Part shown: in pieces, positions 30,236 to 34,866 of the stretch
Position numbering within the stretch: the stretch's first letter is position 1
How the letters are laid out: every line of letters starts with the position of its first letter
From: a virus
DNA: 34,866 nt
Direction: 5' to 3' (one strand)
IMG/VR virus record: IMGVR_UViG_3300045988_063005
Span: 1-34,866 of that record
Notes under the pieces: generated by a model
Told to the model about the DNA's origin: nothing
The model's input: only the letters and a program-made list of their open reading frames with translations
Databases searched by the model: none
Translations under genes and position numbers: made by a program

Positions 30236-32755
30236 ATGGCAAATGAAAAAGTAACACTGTTAGACTTATCTTTCGACACAACCGCGGGCCTTAATGGTCT
30301 CGAGGCGTTGATAGCTAAATCTGTCGAGCTGGCTAAAACCAAGGACCAGTTACAAAAGGCTATGAAAGAGGAAAAGAAGACTTTGGATGAGGCGACAAAA
30401 GCGTACCAAAGCGGAAACCTTTCACAAGCCGATTACAAAGCGTCCGTAGAGGCTAACATGAAAGCACAGGTAGCGCTAAAAACGCAAATGCTTGACAACT
30501 CGAAAGCCATTGCGGATAATAACGCAGCTATCAAGTCAAGTAAAACGTTGTTAGATAGTCAAGCCGATAGCGTGGATGCTTTGCGCGCTCAACTCGCAAA
30601 GAATACTAAAGAGTTAAACGCTATGAGCGCATCGCAGCGCAACAACTCCGAAGAGGGTCAAGCACTGGCCGAGCAGACTAAAGAAATATCCGACCGTCTT
30701 AAGGACATGGAAAAGGCAGTTGGCGACAACCGCAGGAACGTAGGTAACTATTCCGAGGGTGTTGCGGAGGCCATACAGCAAACAACAGGGTTGGGTAAAG
30801 CGAACTCGGCGCTATCCTCTATCATATCGACGGGAACAACGACTTTAAAAACGTTCTTTACCGTCATGAAAGCGAACCCGTTCGTAGCTATCGCTTCGCT
30901 TATCGTGGCTATCGGTTCGGCTGTTATCGGCGTGATGAAACGCAACGACCAACTAATGGACAGTCTTAAGGCTGCATTCGCGCCTTTCGAGGTCATTATA
31001 GGTCGTATTCTTGACGCGGTAGCTAACATGTTAGGCGTGTTGGGAAAGGCTTTAGAGTGGGTTGTAGACGGTGTTACGAACTTCTTGGATAAGCTGGGGT
31101 TGATACCCGAGGAAACCAAAAAGGCGGCAGCCGCTGCTCGTGAACTCGCTAACCAGTCGGTAAGGCTTTACAACTTGGAAAGTGATAACCTTGTTATTGT
31201 GTCGTCCATGCGTAGAGAGCTGGAGCGGCAAAAGGCGATTGCGGCCGACACATTGAAGTCCGAAGCCGAAAGAATAGCCGCCGCTAAACGAGGGTTGGAC
31301 ATCCTTAAGCAGATGGAAGAACGTGAGGTCGCCGTACTCAAAGGGAAGTATGAACAAATCAGGGCACAGAACGATTTGGGGAACTCTACTAAGGAAGATA
31401 TACGAGCCGAGCAACAAGCGTTAGCCGATTTGCAGAACTTGCAAGCACAGTACACATCGCAAAGCAAGGAACTGAACTCGCAGTTGAGCGGTATAGTTAA
31501 GGCTAACCAAGACGCCGCGAAAGCGCGTGCGATAGCTAATCAAGCGGCAGTTGAGAAAGCCGAGCAGGAACGCATACGGAAGTCTATCGAGGAAACCAAG
31601 AGAGCGGAAGAGGCGAAAGCAGCATTACAGGCCGCAACCATTAAGGCACAAGAAGAGGCCTTAATAGCGCTTGATTTGCAAATGAAGCAGCGGGAAGTTA
31701 ACGACAAGTCTTTGGAAACTAAGATAGCGCACCAAAAGGAGTATAACGCTCAGTCGCTGGAACTTGAACGGTACAGGCTGGAGCAGGGGCTTATCACACA
31801 ACAGGAATACGCCAACAAGGAATTAGAGGGGCGCATAGCAGCCGAGGAACTTGAAAAGCAAAGGCAGGAGGAACGTAGGGCACTTGAAGAGGAGCGCGCA
31901 GCAATGGACAAAGCTAACCAGCTGGAAATCAAGATGCTGGACGCGCAAAACGAATGGGACCTTAGGCAATCGCAGTTAGATGCTGCCTATTTACAGGAGA
32001 TGCAGTCGGCCGAGAAAGTTGGCGCGGACACATCTAAGGTAGTAGAGAAGTACGAGAAGTATAAGCGGAAGCTAACAGCCGAACGTATCAACGCAGAACT
32101 ATCAATGGCGGCAGGCGCAGCAAGTCAACTCGGCGACTTGTTAGGCAAAGAGAGTAAAGCAGGTAAAGCGTTTGCAGTTGTACAGGCCGTTATTAATACG
32201 TATTTGGGAGCAACCAAAGCACTTGCATCGGGCGGTTTTCTCGGTATCGCACAGGCGGCTATCGTGATTGCTACGGGTATGAAACAAGTCGCTACGATAA
32301 CCAAGCAGAAAGAGCCCGATACGAAAATCGACGGTTCAGTAAAGAAGTACGCTAAGGGTGGACGGATTACAGGCGCTTCGCATGCAAGCGGTGGCGTAAC
32401 GTTCGTAGGCAGCAACGGTCAAGTCTTCGAGGCCGAGGGTGGCGAGAATATGTATATTCTTAAAAAGACAGCAACGGCCGATATAGAGGCGCTTTCAGCG
32501 TTTAACCAAGCGCATGGCGGCAACTCATTCGGCACATCGGGCCTTTACAAGTTTGCCAATGGCGGACAAATCAACACGCTAACGGGTGGTAGCCCAACCA
32601 GTACGCAGGCATCATTCTCGCAGCAAGCAATCAACCAAATTGCCGAGATTGTTATAGCTGGTGTGTCGGCCTTGCCGAACCCCATTGTTACGGTGGCGGA
32701 TATTAACAGCGGGCAGCAAAGAGTTAATGAGGTTCAAGTTGCATCTATTTCTTAA
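30236..32755 (+). CDS. Tape-measure-like protein (or internal/ejection protein)
   Basis: 839 aa. Long Ala/Glu/Lys/Gln coiled-coil stretches interrupted by hydrophobic segments (PFVAIASLIVAIGSAVIGVM, FLGIAQAAIVIATGM). Gly-rich C-terminus. Confidence 0.6.
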   Translation: MANEKVTLLDLSFDTTAGLNGLEALIAKSVELAKTKDQLQKAMKEEKKTLDEATKAYQSGNLSQADYKASVEANMKAQVALKTQMLDNSKAIADNNAAIKSSKTLLDSQADSVDALRAQLAKNTKELNAMSASQRNNSEEGQALAEQTKEISDRLKDMEKAVGDNRRNVGNYSEGVAEAIQQTTGLGKANSALSSIISTGTTTLKTFFTVMKANPFVAIASLIVAIGSAVIGVMKRNDQLMDSLKAAFAPFEVIIGRILDAVANMLGVLGKALEWVVDGVTNFLDKLGLIPEETKKAAAAARELANQSVRLYNLESDNLVIVSSMRRELERQKAIAADTLKSEAERIAAAKRGLDILKQMEEREVAVLKGKYEQIRAQNDLGNSTKEDIRAEQQALADLQNLQAQYTSQSKELNSQLSGIVKANQDAAKARAIANQAAVEKAEQERIRKSIEETKRAEEAKAALQAATIKAQEEALIALDLQMKQREVNDKSLETKIAHQKEYNAQSLELERYRLEQGLITQQEYANKELEGRIAAEELEKQRQEERRALEEERAAMDKANQLEIKMLDAQNEWDLRQSQLDAAYLQEMQSAEKVGADTSKVVEKYEKYKRKLTAERINAELSMAAGAASQLGDLLGKESKAGKAFAVVQAVINTYLGATKALASGGFLGIAQAAIVIATGMKQVATITKQKEPDTKIDGSVKKYAKGGRITGASHASGGVTFVGSNGQVFEAEGGENMYILKKTATADIEALSAFNQAHGGNSFGTSGLYKFANGGQINTLTGGSPTSTQASFSQQAINQIAEIVIAGVSALPNPIVTVADINSGQQRVNEVQVASIS

Positions 32756-32794
32756 ATCAACTCGTGCAAAGGTGGCGATACTGTATGTATTAGC

Positions 32795-32802
32795 TATCTT
32801 TG
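32795..32802 (+). promoter_or_regulatory. TAnnTTTG box (TATCTTTG) upstream of the scaffold/capsid genes
   Basis: 24-nt leader acaacaaaaacaaatt to ATG 32827. Confidence 0.55.
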
Positions 32803-32826
32803 CACGTGTTACAACAAAAACAAATT

Positions 32827-33807
32827 ATGAAGTTCAAAAAATTACGAATTATCGAAGCAGGTTTAACCGCAAACAGCGCAGAAACGGAGAGCGGCGATTA
32901 CTTACCGCTGTACATCACCGAAGAGGCTGTGCAGAGTGTTGTAACATTGGGCAACGCAAAGCCTATACATTGCCGCCGTACACATAACGGTAGCGACATG
33001 CTCGACGGCTATATAGGCAGCTTCTCAAATTTCGTTTATGAGAATGGTGTTGCTTATGCAGATTTGGAACTATCGGCCGCACTACTGGCCGCATATCCAC
33101 AGGAAGCAAAGTTTATCGAAACCATGATAGAGAAAGAAACTCAAATGATAGGCATATCAATCATGGGAACGAACGACTTAAAAGAAAACAAAGAAAACGA
33201 ACGGTTCGACATTACCGAGTTCTACGAATTATTTTCGTGCGATTTGGTAGGGTTGCCCGCAGCGACTTCGAGTTTATTTAATACTAACCAAAAAGAAAAA
33301 AAGATGAACAAATTTTTTAGCGCGTTCGCGGACATGTTCAAACCAGCCGCAACGAAATTAGCTACTGAGATTGTTAAAACCCGCGAGGGCGGTGAGATTA
33401 CGATTGAAGCCGCTGGCGAAGAAATGGCTATCGGCGATATGGTTTTCGATAGCGAGGGCAACGCAGTAGCAGACGGTGAAATCGTAATTGTTACCGAAGA
33501 TGGTGAAGCAATTATTGTTGTAGAGGGCGGAGCAATTAAAGAGGTTAAGCCCGTTGAACCCGAGGAAGAAAAGAAAGTCGAAGAGGTTATCGAAGAAACA
33601 ACCGCAGTAGTCCCCGAAGAGTTCAGCCAACGACTTGACGCACTGGAAACCGCACTTGCAGCGCAGACCGCAGCTATTAACGACATGGTAGCAAAGTTCA
33701 GTAAGGCAACGAAGCAACCCGTAGCAGCAGCGCCGGGCATTCCTAAAAAGAAAGAAACCAAGCTAAGCAAAGAAGCGGTAAATGCAGCCGCAAAGAGATA
33801 TTTATAA
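32827..33807 (+). CDS. Capsid scaffolding / maturation-protease-like protein
   Basis: Start refined to the ATG behind the leader. The N-terminal KLRIIEAGLTANS...YLPLYITEEAV pattern is seen in protease/scaffold proteins. Acidic, Glu/Val/Ile-rich C-terminal half ending in a helix. Directly upstream of the capsid gene. Confidence 0.6.
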   Translation: MKFKKLRIIEAGLTANSAETESGDYLPLYITEEAVQSVVTLGNAKPIHCRRTHNGSDMLDGYIGSFSNFVYENGVAYADLELSAALLAAYPQEAKFIETMIEKETQMIGISIMGTNDLKENKENERFDITEFYELFSCDLVGLPAATSSLFNTNQKEKKMNKFFSAFADMFKPAATKLATEIVKTREGGEITIEAAGEEMAIGDMVFDSEGNAVADGEIVIVTEDGEAIIVVEGGAIKEVKPVEPEEEKKVEEVIEETTAVVPEEFSQRLDALETALAAQTAAINDMVAKFSKATKQPVAAAPGIPKKKETKLSKEAVNAAAKRYL

Positions 33808-33835
33808 TTAAAAAACAATTCAAAAGAAAAGAATT

Positions 33836-34783
33836 ATGGCAATGACATTTACCGACATGAACAAACTAAACCTTTCAGGTCTTAACGAAGTTATCACGTT
33901 GACTGTTGGTTTGGCTGGAGAAATTTCTAAGGGTATTACCGTTATGAACGGTATCGCAAACAACACACCCGTTGTTTCACTGACAGCATCAGACAAGGCG
34001 TTAAAGCTTTCCGCAGGATGTGGAGATACTACGTACTACGATAAGATTGTAGACAAGGTTAAATACTACGACCACGCACCTATCGAACTTCCCTTGGAAA
34101 TCTGCTTGCAAAGCCTGTGGGGAAAAATGGTAGCTAAGGGCATTAACCTTGACGACGATTTTTCAGAAACCGAATTGGCTGGTTTTATTCAGGCCGAGGT
34201 ACTGAAAGTATTGGAAGCTGACCTGTTGCGCTTAGCTTGGTTGGACAATGATATTAAGGAGGGCAAAGAAGCTGGCTACGGCATCTTTAAAAACGGCGGT
34301 ATTATCGCACAGCATATTGCAAGCGGTGAAGAGCAAGGCGCTTTGACGCTTGACACTGCTGGCGTGCTTGCTGCATTGCGTGCTTGTGTTGACGGACAGC
34401 GTCCTGACCAGTTGGATGGCTCGGAGTTCTTCGTAACATCTAACGTTATGCGTTTGTACAAGAACCTGTTGCAGGACAAAACAAATGACATGGCATTTGT
34501 TACGCTGGTTGACGGTAAACCCGAATATTACTTCGAGGGTTACAAGATTAACGAACTGCGCCACGTATCTAACGCAGCTAAGGTTGACGGTAAGAATGAC
34601 GCGTTTATCGCTTTCACTCCTAAGGGCAACATTCAGATTGCTTTGGAAAGCGCAGCGCCGTCTATTGCTCCGTTCATCCAAGACGCAAAGAGCCGCAACT
34701 ACTACTCTAACACAGTATTTGCAGCCGATGCAATGCTGGTTACTCCTGAATTTATGCAACTGTGGTTGCACGCTTCTGAATAA
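33836..34783 (+). CDS. Major capsid protein (putative HK97-fold)
   Basis: 315 aa. Follows the scaffold-like gene and is followed by a strong terminator. Composition and length are typical of small major capsid proteins. Confidence 0.7.
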   Translation: MAMTFTDMNKLNLSGLNEVITLTVGLAGEISKGITVMNGIANNTPVVSLTASDKALKLSAGCGDTTYYDKIVDKVKYYDHAPIELPLEICLQSLWGKMVAKGINLDDDFSETELAGFIQAEVLKVLEADLLRLAWLDNDIKEGKEAGYGIFKNGGIIAQHIASGEEQGALTLDTAGVLAALRACVDGQRPDQLDGSEFFVTSNVMRLYKNLLQDKTNDMAFVTLVDGKPEYYFEGYKINELRHVSNAAKVDGKNDAFIAFTPKGNIQIALESAAPSIAPFIQDAKSRNYYSNTVFAADAMLVTPEFMQLWLHASE

Positions 34784-34866
34784 CGGCAAAACTAATTATT
34801 AATCGAAAGGGTGGGTAGGGTTGATTACCCTATCTACCCTTTTTTCATTTTAAAAAAAAAAAAAAC
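34782..34866. repeat. Terminal direct repeat, copy 2 (identical to 1..85)
   Basis: Starts inside the capsid stop codon (taa, 34781-83) and runs to the window end, including the A14 tract. Confidence 0.95.
34809..34847 (+). terminator. Rho-independent terminator after the capsid gene
   Basis: Same hairpin plus T6 as 28..66, inside the terminal repeat. Confidence 0.8.

Noticed and set aside
32661-32987. 108-aa + ORF overlapping the end of the tape-measure-like gene and the start of the scaffold-like gene, and 20460..20666 overlapping paralog gene 4
   Set aside because: Both are Arg-rich out-of-frame readings across well-supported genes and a promoter. Neither has an independent start context.
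33222-34789. Long minus-strand ORFs (33222..33818, 33358..33717, 34232..34789) and the + ORF 34485..34802
   Set aside because: They lie antisense to, or out of frame within, the scaffold-like and capsid genes. Their compositions are Ser/Ala/Leu-rich or Arg/Leu-rich, as shadow frames typically are, and they lack promoter or leader signals.
1-34866. Diversity-generating retroelement, lysogeny module, tRNA genes
   Set aside because: I looked for reverse-transcriptase (YxDD), integrase or recombinase motifs, CI/Cro-like divergent pairs and tRNA-like cloverleaf/T-loop (GTTCRANYC) sequences in intergenic regions. I found none. The paralog array diversity is therefore not DGR-driven as far as the sequence shows.

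Overview
The window looks like one complete dsDNA tailed-phage genome. Bases 1..85 are identical to 34782..34866, so the unique length is 34,781 bp, consistent with a circular or circularly permuted assembly. I call about 47 genes, all on the + strand, and treat the minus-strand ORFs in the track as shadow frames.

Expression signals fit a Bacteroidota host. There are repeated TAnnTTTG -7 boxes, A-rich leaders of the form TTAAAAACAAAnnATT-ATG-AAA, and no Shine-Dalgarno sequences.

Modules on the circular map:
- Early/replication block (5.7-22.4 kb): Cas4/DUF2800-like nuclease, DUF2815-like SSB, metallophosphoesterase, family A DNA polymerase, PrimPol-VirE primase/helicase, DUF3310-like protein, VRR-NUC nuclease, SNF2 helicase and many small unknown genes.
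- Late block (23.1 kb through the origin to 5.2 kb): terS, terL, tail/baseplate-like proteins, a tape-measure-like protein, scaffold/protease-like protein, major capsid protein, three paralogous structural proteins, portal, holin, GH108 endolysin and a spanin-like protein.

I saw no integrase, reverse transcriptase, tRNA or CRISPR array.

Most interesting observations:
1. A tandem array of six genes (19.4-21.7 kb) carries about eight copies of one unannotated ~60-aa domain.
2. The two large AT-rich noncoding islands (5.2-5.7 kb and 22.4-23.1 kb) are imperfect inverted copies of each other and bracket the replication module.
3. A full-consensus early promoter at 15.74 kb has no ORF behind it, which suggests a ~200-nt ncRNA.
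4. A ~75-bp promoter/leader cassette recurs at least 10 times in two sub-classes, some copies with a covarying hairpin.
5. The 188-bp terS-terL spacer contains interleaved perfect inverted repeats.
6. A natural perfect (AAKEA)x10 tandem repeat is equivalent to the (EAAAK)n rigid helix.
7. There is a possible +1 frameshift at a C5 run.

All functional calls rest on motif recognition by eye, with no database search.
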